Shown in pieces: positions 36,901-46,900 of a stretch of 64,000 nucleotides of DNA. Position 1 is the first letter of the stretch. Every line of letters begins with the position of its first letter. The notes under the pieces are model-generated. The model worked only from the letters and a program-made list of their open reading frames with translations. It searched no databases and was not told where the DNA came from. The position numbers were made by a program, and so were the translations under genes. Source of the DNA: Bacteroidota bacterium (GTDB lineage Bacteria; Bacteroidota; Bacteroidia; Bacteroidales; JACABE01); the NCBI GenBank assembly GCA_037133555.1, contig JBAXNW010000017.1, positions 1,530 to 65,529 of the forward strand. Direction: 5' to 3'.

Positions 36901-39180
36901 ATGAAAAAATTATCCCAGGAACCTGTCGAAAATCAGGAAGAAGTAAATGTAAACGATGTTGAGCTAAGCACAGCTGAAATAGAAACATCGGAAGTAAATC
37001 AAAGCCCTATGGACGTTATTGTTGATGCAGAAGTATCAATGATGAAAAATGAGGAATTATCCTCAAATACAGAATCTGAAAAAGAAATACCAGTATTAAA
37101 TTCAATGGATGAAGTTGCAGAACTTCCAGTTGAAGAAACAACAACATCCGTTATTGAAGTTGTTGAGCCTATTGTAGATGTAATTGAATCCTTTGAAGAA
37201 GTGATAGAAGCAGAGGAAATGCTAATTGAACCAATTGCTGAAGTTGTAGAACCTTTAGCAGTATCGGTTGATCCAATTGAAGTAACAATTGAATTGAATG
37301 AAGATGTGCAAATTATGGCTGCAGAAACAGCTGAAGTTGTTGCAGAAGAAATAGCTGCTGTTATCGAAACACCCATTGATATTATAACAGAGTCTATCAT
37401 TCTTGAAATTGAGGAGTTGAATGCGGTTGATGAGATAGCGCATGAATTAAATGATGTTGAATTAGAAGAAAAATACAATCATTTTTCTAAAGAGGAATTA
37501 ATTGAATCATTGAACGAATTGGTTCATGAAGAAAACCTCAATAGTATTAAAACAAAAATTTCACTTATAAAAGTTGCTTTTTTGAAAATAATCAAGGAAG
37601 AAAAACTTCATGTATTTGAAAAATTCATCGAAGAAGGTGGTGTTAAAGAAGACTTTATGCCCGTTGAAGATGAATCCGAAATTAGATTTAAAGCAGCTTT
37701 CGATATCTATAGAGAAAGGAAAAATAAATATAACGAAGAGCAGGAAAAAATTAAACTCGAAAATTTAGTTAAGAAACAACAGATTATCGAAGAATTAAAA
37801 ATCCTCATTGGTTCTGAAGAAACATTAAAGAAAACCTACGACGATTTTAAAATTTTGCAGGAAAAATGGAAAGAAATCGGTCAGGTTCCTCATACTGATA
37901 ATAATACATTATGGCAAAATTATCATTTCCTCATTGAAAAATTCTTTGATAAAGTTAAAATCAATAAAGAGTTAAAAGATCTTGATTTAAGAAAAAACAT
38001 GGAAAGTAAAATTCAGCTTTGCGAAAAAGCTGAAGAATTAATAATTGAACCATCAATTACCGTTTCTTTTAAAAAATTACAGGAATACCACGAAGAATGG
38101 AAAGAAACCGGACCTGTGCCTCTCGATAAAAAAGACGAGATTTGGGAAAGGTTTAAAACAGCTTCTGATCAGATCAATCAGCGCCGCCATGAATTTTACG
38201 AAATCCAGCACAAACAGGAAGATAACAACCTGATAGCGAAAACAGCACTTTGCGATAAAGCTGAACAAATCCTATCAATAGAATGTAAAAGTTTAAAAGA
38301 ATGGCAGGATGCAACCACTGAATTGAACGATTTACTAAAAATCTGGAAAACAGTTGGCCAGGCTCCTAAAAAACAAAATAATGAAATCTGGGCTCGCTTT
38401 AAAACCTCTCTCGATAGTTTTTTCGCTATTAAGAATGAATTTTTCGGTAAAGTAAAAGACGATCAACAAAATAATTACAATCTTAAAGTTGAACTTTGTT
38501 TACAAGCTGAATCAACCAAAGATAGTACCGATTGGAAATATGCTACTACAGAATTATTAAATCTGCAAAAGCAATGGAAAGAAATCGGACCTGTACCCCG
38601 CAAACAACAAGATAAAATATGGATACGCTTTAGAGCAGCCTGTGATGAATTCTTTAAGAAAAAATCTGATTTCTTTGCACATATTAATGAGAATGAAGCG
38701 AGTAATCTAAAATTAAAAGAAGCCCTTATCGAAAAGATTAAGACTTTTGCTTTTAGCGATGATCGCAATGCGAATTTACAATTACTGAAAGATTTCCAGA
38801 GAGAATGGTCAGAAATCGGTCATATTCCAATTAAAGATAAAGAAAGAATTCAAACAGAATTCCGTAAAGTTATCAATAACTGCTTTGATCAGCTGAAAAT
38901 AAGCAATTCAGAAGCTTCTGCTTTAAGTTACCGAAATAAGGTTGAGAGCATGAAAGAAAATGGCGACGGTAGACAAATGATTGGGAAAGAGAAAATTTTC
39001 GTTTCTAGCAAAATCATGAAGTTGAGAGAAGACATCAATTTATGGGAAAACAACATCGGTTTCCTTGCACATTCAAAACAAGCAGATATACTTAAAAGTG
39101 AATTCGCAAAGAAAATTGAAAATGCTAAACAAGAAGTAATTCTTCTGGAAACTAAATTTAAAATGCTAAGCAACTCATAA
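36901..39180 (+). CDS. DUF349 repeat protein with acidic low-complexity N-terminus
   Basis: Repeated LQ..WK.IGPVP......IW.RF..A.D.FF units. Confidence 0.9.
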   Translation: MKKLSQEPVENQEEVNVNDVELSTAEIETSEVNQSPMDVIVDAEVSMMKNEELSSNTESEKEIPVLNSMDEVAELPVEETTTSVIEVVEPIVDVIESFEEVIEAEEMLIEPIAEVVEPLAVSVDPIEVTIELNEDVQIMAAETAEVVAEEIAAVIETPIDIITESIILEIEELNAVDEIAHELNDVELEEKYNHFSKEELIESLNELVHEENLNSIKTKISLIKVAFLKIIKEEKLHVFEKFIEEGGVKEDFMPVEDESEIRFKAAFDIYRERKNKYNEEQEKIKLENLVKKQQIIEELKILIGSEETLKKTYDDFKILQEKWKEIGQVPHTDNNTLWQNYHFLIEKFFDKVKINKELKDLDLRKNMESKIQLCEKAEELIIEPSITVSFKKLQEYHEEWKETGPVPLDKKDEIWERFKTASDQINQRRHEFYEIQHKQEDNNLIAKTALCDKAEQILSIECKSLKEWQDATTELNDLLKIWKTVGQAPKKQNNEIWARFKTSLDSFFAIKNEFFGKVKDDQQNNYNLKVELCLQAESTKDSTDWKYATTELLNLQKQWKEIGPVPRKQQDKIWIRFRAACDEFFKKKSDFFAHINENEASNLKLKEALIEKIKTFAFSDDRNANLQLLKDFQREWSEIGHIPIKDKERIQTEFRKVINNCFDQLKISNSEASALSYRNKVESMKENGDGRQMIGKEKIFVSSKIMKLREDINLWENNIGFLAHSKQADILKSEFAKKIENAKQEVILLETKFKMLSNS

Positions 39181-39241
39181 TAAATCTGGCAATTAAAATT
39201 CAGAATACTTTTAAAAGCAATTTGATTTCATTCAATAGTAA

Positions 39242-39274
39242 ATAAAAAACCGGTTTTAAAACCGGTTTTTTTAT
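39242..39274. terminator. Bidirectional terminator between convergent genes
   Basis: ATAAAAAACCGG-ttttaaaa-CCGGTTTTTTTAT. Confidence 0.85.
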
Positions 39275-39293
39275 GTCATATTGTTGATTGATT

Positions 39294-39818
39294 TTAAGAA
39301 ATATCGGTATCCTTATACCTTAAAAAATGGAAAATTTTATGAACCTCAATGCATCTAAATCCCCAATGATTCACAAACAATGATCTGCATTCTGAAGCAG
39401 CATTTTCTCGGGCTGCCTTGGTGTTGAGCTGATAGAGCATGAGGAAATCTTTCATATCCTGGTATATATCGGTCAGGTATTCGGCTAAGGATGTTTTTAC
39501 AGGATTGTTGTAATCATCATCGTTGTAATCTACCATCCAGAAATCATCATCTTTTCCCAATTTATCCTGAATTTCTTTATAAATCGTCAACCAGTTTTCT
39601 TCGGTTACAAAGCGTTCGTTTGCTTCAGGATTTTCAACATTCACAAAAGGTAAGGTTGAACCTTTGATATAAAGCAAAGGACAAATTTTTTGAAAATAGC
39701 TTACAATATCTTCTTTTGTATATTTTTCGATGCTTTCAAGGAACAAACAATATTCGTTGGCAACGGTTATCATTTCAATTACATTCCGCGAAATAGCGGG
39801 TTCTTCATCATGACTCAT
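39294..39818 (-). CDS. DUF5063 family protein
   Basis: NVIEMITVANEYC.FLE, LAEYLTDIYQDMKDF, F..HWG. Confidence 0.8.
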   Translation of the reverse strand: MSHDEEPAISRNVIEMITVANEYCLFLESIEKYTKEDIVSYFQKICPLLYIKGSTLPFVNVENPEANERFVTEENWLTIYKEIQDKLGKDDDFWMVDYNDDDYNNPVKTSLAEYLTDIYQDMKDFLMLYQLNTKAARENAASECRSLFVNHWGFRCIEVHKIFHFLRYKDTDIS

Positions 39819-39831
39819 ATCGTATTTTTAT

Positions 39832-41259
39832 TTATTCGTAATATCCAAACAATTTTTTGGTTTTAATAGTATCTGCAATATAGTTAGGAACCATTTTTTC
39901 CCAACCTTTTTCTCCGTTTTTAATCATATTCAGGACAATATGAGGATAAGTAGTAATAAACTCCTTTTTAGCATTTTTGATATCAACAATTTTTCCATTG
40001 GTATACAAATGCATAAAGAGATGCTGTATGTTTTTATCTATCTTTAAGTTCTCCAATGTAATCAATTCACCTGTTTCTTCATTGAGAGAAGGGTAAATGT
40101 ACATTTTCATATTATCGATAAACAAACGACCAAAAGCTTCAATAATTCCACCTTTTAAATGAGCATAATACTTTTGATTGATTACATTTAAAAAAGTATG
40201 CATGCCAATTATTATTCTTAATTTAATAGTTTTAAATTGAGATAGATAGGCAACTAATTTGTAATATTCTTTAAAGTTAGAAACCATCACATTTTGGCCC
40301 ATTCCATTTAATATATCTACTCTTTCCAAGAAATCTCTTTCATGAAATTCACCGTCTTCAAGCAAATTATTCAACGTAATTTCGCACAAAGCAATCGTAT
40401 TTTCTTTGTCATAATCTTCATCTTTTTTAAATAAGCTGTAACTTGTCTTAAGCATATCGAATCCCACGTAAGTAATTGGTCGAAAGCTACCTCTAAAAGC
40501 CAATACATTCTTTTTGTAAAGCATATCAGAAGGTTCATTGACATTTCCGTTACGATCGAACATGATGGCTTTAGACATTCCAGTTTTAACCATTTGAACG
40601 CCCAATAAGCGATTGTCAATATAATTCAACTGAGGCCCACTCATATTGATCATTGTTATTTCTAATCTGTTTGTTGATAAATTGTCCATCAGGGCAAGTA
40701 AAAACTCAGTTGGATTGTTATAAAGATAAAAACAAGCATGTATAAGATTGATTCCCAATACACCCAATGTGTTTTGTTGTAGTAAATTATCATTTTCAAG
40801 TAAAGTTGTATGAATCACAACTTCATTGGGCTCTGAATCAGGATTTAATTGGAATTTAACACCCAACCAACCCCTGGCTTCATTGTCTTTGTTATAATTA
40901 ATTGCAGCAACTGTATTCGCAAAAGTAAAAAAACATGTTTTATTGTCACGTTTTCCTTTTAAAACTTCGGTTAGTTCATTGTATTCAATACTAAGCATTT
41001 TTCGCAACCTATCCTGGGAAACATAGCGTTCTTTTTTCCCTTTACAATACAATACATCACTGTATGCCATATCGTAAGCAGAAATTGATTTTGCAATAGT
41101 ACCAGAAGCGGCTCCAGCCTGAAAAAAATTACGGGCTATCTCTTGCCCACCACCAATTTCAGCAATGGTCCCATAAAATTTTTCATCCAAATTTATAGTT
41201 AATGCTTTACGCGTAGTACTTATAATTTCTCTTTCCATAACAGCATTGGGTTTCATCAA
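39832..41259 (-). CDS. Conserved CinA-C-like / nucleotidyltransferase-like protein of unknown function
   Basis: YGTIAEIGGGQE.AR.FFQAGAASGTIAKSISAYD; RGSFRPIT; C-terminal WEKMVP..IA..IK.KKLFGY as in NadD-like ends. Confidence 0.7.
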   Translation of the reverse strand: MMKPNAVMEREIISTTRKALTINLDEKFYGTIAEIGGGQEIARNFFQAGAASGTIAKSISAYDMAYSDVLYCKGKKERYVSQDRLRKMLSIEYNELTEVLKGKRDNKTCFFTFANTVAAINYNKDNEARGWLGVKFQLNPDSEPNEVVIHTTLLENDNLLQQNTLGVLGINLIHACFYLYNNPTEFLLALMDNLSTNRLEITMINMSGPQLNYIDNRLLGVQMVKTGMSKAIMFDRNGNVNEPSDMLYKKNVLAFRGSFRPITYVGFDMLKTSYSLFKKDEDYDKENTIALCEITLNNLLEDGEFHERDFLERVDILNGMGQNVMVSNFKEYYKLVAYLSQFKTIKLRIIIGMHTFLNVINQKYYAHLKGGIIEAFGRLFIDNMKMYIYPSLNEETGELITLENLKIDKNIQHLFMHLYTNGKIVDIKNAKKEFITTYPHIVLNMIKNGEKGWEKMVPNYIADTIKTKKLFGYYE

Positions 41260-41406
41260 TGATAATTTTTTGCAAAAATAAGGAATAAGTCTAACACCTG
41301 TTAAAAAATCTTAATATATTAGTTTATTAACACTTTATGTTTTGATATCCTTCATTTTTAGTGTTAATTTGCAAAGTAATACATATTATTTACCAAAAAT
41401 AAATTA

Positions 41407-42528
41407 ATGCTTTTTTCAAAAAATATTATTTCATTTGCTATCATTTTATTCACAGTTTTATGTGTAAATCTCGGCTATTCGCAAGATAATGAGATGAACC
41501 GGACTGAAAAGAAAGCTTCAGATTCGTTAATGCTTGCAATGCGAACAAATGCACCTGTTTTTAGTGATATAACTACGATTACTGAAACACCTGCTATACT
41601 TCCAATGCCCAAGGCATCTAATAAAATGCCTTCGAAATTATACAATACATGGAACAACAAAGATATAAAGTTGAATAGTGATAAAGCATTTAATAAAAAT
41701 ACTACCTATATTCTTCCCTTGATCAATGAATCAGAACATCAATTTGTATTTCCTTATAAAGGCAAGGTTATTTCTCCTTTTGGTTATAGAGGGAAAAGGG
41801 TACATGCAGGCACAGATATTAAATTAGCCATGAATGATGAAGTGTACAGTGCTTTTGATGGAGAGGTACGCATGGCCAAACGTTACAGCGGATATGGAAA
41901 TTTGATAGTCATTCGACATAAAAATGGATTGGAAACCTGCTATGGTCATTTAAATGCTATCAAAGTCAAAATTAACCAGGAAGTAAAAGCAGGTGATTTA
42001 ATAGGCTTAGGTGGCAGAACGGGAAGAGCTTCCACAACGCATCTTCATTTTGAAACACGTTTCTTGGGCGACGCTTTTAATTCAGCTAAGTTATTGGATT
42101 ACAATAATTTTTGTTTAAAATCTGATACTTTGGTTATTGATAAAAATACTTTTATCAAATCAAAAAATTTCAAATATAAAAAGAACAAAAGAGGAAAACG
42201 CATTAAAGTGTATTTTGAAGATCCTTCAGAAGAAGAAAATACACCTGTAAATACAAATACAACGATTGTTTATCAGGATGAAGAAGGGAATAATTCCTCA
42301 ACAGTTGATTCGACCATTGTTAATGATCCAATTCCTGTTAAAGTTAAAGTTGTCGCAAAAACGAAAACGATAAAGCCAAAAAAAATCACTGCTTATAAGG
42401 TTAAAAGTGGAGATACATTGTCAAAAATCGCCCGTAATAATGGATGTACAGTTAAAGATATCTGTAAATTAAACAAAATAAATGAAGATGCCGTTTTAAG
42501 TTTAGGCAAAAAGATCAAATTAAAATAA
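41407..42528 (+). CDS. M23 peptidase + LysM (murein endopeptidase-like)
   Basis: HAGTD, YGHL, HLHFE; C-terminal YKVKSGDTLSKIA LysM. Confidence 0.92.
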   Translation: MLFSKNIISFAIILFTVLCVNLGYSQDNEMNRTEKKASDSLMLAMRTNAPVFSDITTITETPAILPMPKASNKMPSKLYNTWNNKDIKLNSDKAFNKNTTYILPLINESEHQFVFPYKGKVISPFGYRGKRVHAGTDIKLAMNDEVYSAFDGEVRMAKRYSGYGNLIVIRHKNGLETCYGHLNAIKVKINQEVKAGDLIGLGGRTGRASTTHLHFETRFLGDAFNSAKLLDYNNFCLKSDTLVIDKNTFIKSKNFKYKKNKRGKRIKVYFEDPSEEENTPVNTNTTIVYQDEEGNNSSTVDSTIVNDPIPVKVKVVAKTKTIKPKKITAYKVKSGDTLSKIARNNGCTVKDICKLNKINEDAVLSLGKKIKLK

Positions 42529-42553
42529 TGTTTTACGCTTTTATTAAATTTTT

Positions 42554-42589
42554 AAAAGGACAGAATTTTTTTTTCTGTCTTTTTTTTTT
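42554..42589 (+). terminator. Intrinsic terminator
   Basis: AAAAGGACAGAA..TTCTGTCTTTT plus T tract. Confidence 0.7.
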
Positions 42590-42688
42590 GCCGTTAACTT
42601 TTTGTAAACTGCCGTAAACTTATTCTTAAAAAGTATTGTAATTATTTTACTACCTTTATCAAAGTATTAATTTATTAAATTTTCAACT

Positions 42689-43309
42689 ATGAAAACCTTG
42701 ATGATTTCGCTTGGATTTATAATTTTATTTTTACCGACAATGATGGTCGCTCAACAAGAATATTTAGACCTTAATTTTGAGAAAGTTGATACTACAGGAA
42801 AAACAATTTTTCAATGGAAGGATGTAAGTGATGGGGCAATGTTAATGATAGATACCACACTGACTTTTTCAGGTAAAAATGCTTTGTATGTAAGATTAAA
42901 ACATCCCAAGGACGGAGCTTCCTATTATATGCAACTTCCAACATTTTATTATCAAGGAATGCGTACAATTGATATTTATGTAAGTGTAAAAATGCCAAAT
43001 GCAATGCCAAATGCTGGGATTTGGTGTTCTGTTAAAAAAGACAGGGAATATCTAGGAGGTGCTTCAAGCTATAAAGCTAATCCCAGTTCTCCGATATTTC
43101 CAAATGCCAGATTCCAGGGGAAAGATCTTCCGCAAATGCCCTATACGTGGATACCCTGCCATTTTGAAATTAAAATTGATAAAGATCCTACAGAAGTTTT
43201 GATAGGAATTTCTGTTTCAAAGGACAGAGCATGGTTTGACGATATTAAAATAAAAATAAACGGGAAACCAATAAATGATATGGTATTTAAGGTTATAGAA
43301 AATGAATAA
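42689..43309 (+). CDS. Exported hypothetical protein, possible CBM-like beta-sandwich
   Basis: Signal VA-Q; LNFE, SGKNAL, AWFDDIKIKING. Confidence 0.6.
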   Translation: MKTLMISLGFIILFLPTMMVAQQEYLDLNFEKVDTTGKTIFQWKDVSDGAMLMIDTTLTFSGKNALYVRLKHPKDGASYYMQLPTFYYQGMRTIDIYVSVKMPNAMPNAGIWCSVKKDREYLGGASSYKANPSSPIFPNARFQGKDLPQMPYTWIPCHFEIKIDKDPTEVLIGISVSKDRAWFDDIKIKINGKPINDMVFKVIENE

Positions 43310-43562
43310 TATAATCAATCGTTTGATAATAATTTAAATGATTAATTTTGAATTTAAAAATGTGGTCAGATGAAAATCAGAAACAACATACTTTAATCTA
43401 TAAAATGAGAAGATATTTCAAAACTGTATTTGAAGTTAATTGTTAAATGTAGTTGTAAAGCAAATTATTTGTTTTTTTCTGTGAAATAAGCTGTTTATAA
43501 TAGGCTTGTTTTTCATTAAAAATCATTAATTTTGCTCGTTAATTTTTAATTAAAAATTTAAA

Positions 43563-45005
43563 ATGAAAGATATTAAAAATACCAAAAGCTCCAATATACC
43601 TGATATAGAAGAAACCCCAGTAATAAATAATCAATATTTTCATTCATCCAAACAGCGTGAACATGCTGAATTTCATAATTGTCACACAGAACAAAGTGTA
43701 AAGGATGATATTGCTTTTTTAAAGCTCATCTATAAAGACAAATTAAATCTGTCGGAAAATGATGTTAATATTGACCTAGTCAATAACTTAAAAATTATCA
43801 GTAAAGATATCTATTTCTTTCTCAAAACGCTTGAATCTGATTTGACGCCTCAGAATTATATCAAAAGTAAGTATGAATTCATCCGTCATAAAATACCCAA
43901 TGGCGATGTGCATTTGTTTTACCTGGCATGGAATGGATTAATCAAGAACGACAGCTTTCGACGTTTACTTTTGCAAACTTTTAGCTTGACAAAATTTAAC
44001 GACATCTTATGTCCCCAGAATATACCTGTAGTAGGTTCTCACATGACACGTTACAGAACAAAACTGGTGTTAGCTAATGATATGGCTACCAACGAAGATG
44101 GTACACAAAGAACGAGTGGCAGATTGTTGGAAGATGGGAGTGGTTTAAATATGAAGGAAGGAATTGTCTGGCTCCCCAACGAAAAAGCCATTCCATTATT
44201 TCCTCAGGGATACGTGCCTTTAAATCAGACACAAGTGATAATGGTTCGTCACGGAAAATCTATACACGAATCGGGTGGCGAGAATCCTGAATTTGTAGGT
44301 AGCGGTTATTGGGACATTTGGGATAAAAACAGACGCATTTCAGGTGCTCAAAGTAATTTCTTGAAAGAAGAGGGAGTTGCAACTGCAAGGGATTTGGGTA
44401 AGGATTTTAAAGTAGCTGTTGATATTCTTGATAAGAGTGGCTTTCCACTATGGTCATGGTCAAAAGATATTCCTGTTCCTGTGTATGGAAGTGAATCTGA
44501 GAATACAGAACAAACAGCACGTTATTTTTTACAGGAAGCCGGTTATTTTAATATTTCCTTTAATGCAATGTTTGGCTTAAATTCTCAGAAATACGGTGGA
44601 CTGACCTTTATGCACAAAAATGAAATTACAGAGCAAGCAATGAAGATATATAGTCATGGCGCTGATCCCTCAGCTGAAGTAAAAGCAAAAGTTTCAAAAA
44701 TGTTCAAAAACCGTTTTTATCATTATCCTGAAGGCGAAACTTTGCTGGAAGCCGATTGGAGAATTGCATTTAGTTTTATTGACTTATTGAACAAAAGTCT
44801 TGGTAAAAGAATTTTGTTGGTGGATCATTCTGGTGCAATCAGGGTTTTTGAGGCAATTATAAGAACACTTGACTTTGCTGAATATAGCACCATTAAAGAA
44901 GCTCAGGATTCAATCATTGCATTGTGTTATCAACCTGGCCGCAATTTACGGTATGATTACCTTCAAAAAAAGGAATTTCCTTTGCGTCAGCGCGAAAAAA
45001 AGTAG
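43563..45005 (+). CDS. Histidine phosphatase superfamily protein with uncharacterised ~220-aa N-terminal domain
   Basis: VRHG, QTA, PEGET, LVDHSG motifs. Confidence 0.78.
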   Translation: MKDIKNTKSSNIPDIEETPVINNQYFHSSKQREHAEFHNCHTEQSVKDDIAFLKLIYKDKLNLSENDVNIDLVNNLKIISKDIYFFLKTLESDLTPQNYIKSKYEFIRHKIPNGDVHLFYLAWNGLIKNDSFRRLLLQTFSLTKFNDILCPQNIPVVGSHMTRYRTKLVLANDMATNEDGTQRTSGRLLEDGSGLNMKEGIVWLPNEKAIPLFPQGYVPLNQTQVIMVRHGKSIHESGGENPEFVGSGYWDIWDKNRRISGAQSNFLKEEGVATARDLGKDFKVAVDILDKSGFPLWSWSKDIPVPVYGSESENTEQTARYFLQEAGYFNISFNAMFGLNSQKYGGLTFMHKNEITEQAMKIYSHGADPSAEVKAKVSKMFKNRFYHYPEGETLLEADWRIAFSFIDLLNKSLGKRILLVDHSGAIRVFEAIIRTLDFAEYSTIKEAQDSIIALCYQPGRNLRYDYLQKKEFPLRQREKK

Positions 45006-45015
45006 ATTTTAGCGT

Positions 45016-45582
45016 ATGAAAATTTTACTGATTTTTTCTTTAATACTCATTGTATCCAATACTTTTTTTTTAGCAAAGATGTTGTTTTTCAAAAAGTTGT
45101 CTTTAATAGATGAATTGACGGATTTGCCTAATTATAGCTATTTAAAATCATACCTGAGTAAAAAAAAGAAGACAAATCAGTTAGCTTTAGTATTATTAGA
45201 TATCAATAACTTTAAAGCGTTTAACCGTATCAGTATTCACACGGGTGATATGGTTTTAAAGGAGTTTTCTGATGTATTAAAGCTTTTTATTAAAGACAAG
45301 GCTTTAATATGCCGGTATCGACTCGGTGATGAATTTGCCTTAGTTTTTCTCGATAAAAGTAAAACAGAAATTGAAGAAACGATACATCTACTTACCTCTT
45401 TTTTTGAGGAATATGTATTTAAATGTTTGTCGGAAAATAAAGATTATAGAATTGGTTTTTGTATGGGTATAAGTCATCTAGATGCCGATGCAGTAAATTT
45501 CGACATTTTCTTTGATGCTGCAGAATTAGAATTGGCTAAGACTAAAATGGATAAGGAAGTAAAAAGAGGATGCCTAAATTAA
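45016..45582 (+). CDS. Membrane-anchored degenerate GGDEF domain protein
   Basis: DELTDLPN, LDINNFKAFN, GDMVLK, RYRLGDEF. Confidence 0.78.
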   Translation: MKILLIFSLILIVSNTFFLAKMLFFKKLSLIDELTDLPNYSYLKSYLSKKKKTNQLALVLLDINNFKAFNRISIHTGDMVLKEFSDVLKLFIKDKALICRYRLGDEFALVFLDKSKTEIEETIHLLTSFFEEYVFKCLSENKDYRIGFCMGISHLDADAVNFDIFFDAAELELAKTKMDKEVKRGCLN

Positions 45583-46029
45583 TTCACTCTTTTTTTTCTC
45601 CAACAAAAGAATACTTTCGATAGACATTTTTTTATCAACTGCTTTGCACATATCATAGATTGTAAGCAAAGAAATGCTCACAGCAGTCAGGGCTTCCATT
45701 TCGATGCCTGTTTGACCTGTGCATTTAGCAAAACTCTTTACTTCAACACCGGTTTTGGTAAGGCTGGCTTTTACATCAAGTTTGCTAATCATTAATGGAT
45801 GGCAGAGGGGGATGAGTTCGCTTGTTTTTTTTCCTCCTTGAATGCCTGCAATTTCAGCAATAGTAAGTACATCGCCTTTTTTAATCTGGTTTTCCTTTAT
45901 TAAAAGCAAGGTCTCAGGCTGTAATCGGATACTACCAATTGCTATAGCAGTTCTTAATTGATCAGGCTTTGAACTTACATCCACCATATTGGCTTTTCCT
46001 TGCTCATCTGTATGACTTAATTTTGACAT
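45574..46029 (-). CDS. moaC: Cyclic pyranopterin monophosphate synthase
   Basis: MVDVS.K, KGDVL, LIPLCHPL, TGIEMEALTA, YDMCKAVD. Confidence 0.96.
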   Translation of the reverse strand: MSKLSHTDEQGKANMVDVSSKPDQLRTAIAIGSIRLQPETLLLIKENQIKKGDVLTIAEIAGIQGGKKTSELIPLCHPLMISKLDVKASLTKTGVEVKSFAKCTGQTGIEMEALTAVSISLLTIYDMCKAVDKKMSIESILLLEKKKSELI

Positions 46030-46099
46030 GGTATATAAGTATTATAGATGTTTATTAATGGGTTATTTGACTGTAGGCATTAGGTATTTACTAATTGTT

Positions 46100-46900
46100 T
46101 TACCCACCAATATTGTTAAAATGGTTAATGGCATTAAAAGATCCACATTCAGGTTTTTGCGAGGCAGCAGCCATAAGGGCTTGCTTGATTCCCATTTTTC
46201 GAATGTCAAACTCAAGGTTATTAAATAAGCAAGGTTTTATTTTGCCGTCGGCTGTTAATCGCAATCGGTTACAATTTTCACAATCACCTCCATCGCCTCC
46301 TTCTACTATTGCAAAATGTCCGGTTTTTAAATCCATCTGATGAATAAAACGTGCTTCCAATTCATTTTGCAAGCAAAATTCCTGAACCACTTTTGCATCG
46401 GATTCTTGACTTGAATCTTTAATAACACAATTTATTTTGATAGGAAATAGACCCGCTTCTTTAGCTGCGAATATACCTTGCTTCACTTTTTCAATATCAC
46501 CACCTCTTGTTATTTCGTTGAACTTATTTTGATCTAAAGTGTCTAAACTGATATTAACCCGTTGTAAGCCATTGTTTTTTAAAGCTGCTGCATATTGAGA
46601 TAGCAATATCCCGTTTGTCGTCATACTCAAATCTTTGATTCCTTTTATAGATGCAAGCATTTTAATCAGTACAACAATGTCTTTTCTAACCAAGGGTTCT
46701 CCTCCAGTAATTCTTACTTTTTCAACACCAAGTTTAACTGCTTCCATTACAACTTCTTTGATTTCTTCAAAACTTAAAATATCACTATGAGGTAGGAGTG
46801 TTACTCCTTCTTCGGGCATACAGTAAGTACAGCGAAGGTTGCATCTGTCAGTTACAGATATTCGTAAATAGTTTAAGCTTCGGTTATAGTTGTCTAACAT
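46100..46900 (-). CDS. moaA: GTP 3',8-cyclase (radical SAM)
   Basis: YLRISVTDRCNLRCTYCMP, TGGEPL, CENCNRLRLTADG..KPCL, C-terminal IGG. Confidence 0.93.
   Translation of the reverse strand: MLDNYNRSLNYLRISVTDRCNLRCTYCMPEEGVTLLPHSDILSFEEIKEVVMEAVKLGVEKVRITGGEPLVRKDIVVLIKMLASIKGIKDLSMTTNGILLSQYAAALKNNGLQRVNISLDTLDQNKFNEITRGGDIEKVKQGIFAAKEAGLFPIKINCVIKDSSQESDAKVVQEFCLQNELEARFIHQMDLKTGHFAIVEGGDGGDCENCNRLRLTADGKIKPCLFNNLEFDIRKMGIKQALMAAASQKPECGSFNAINHFNNIGG

Noticed and set aside
36999-37478. 159-aa antisense Ser/Thr-rich ORF
   Set aside because: Shadow of the Glu/Val-rich low-complexity region of the DUF349 gene
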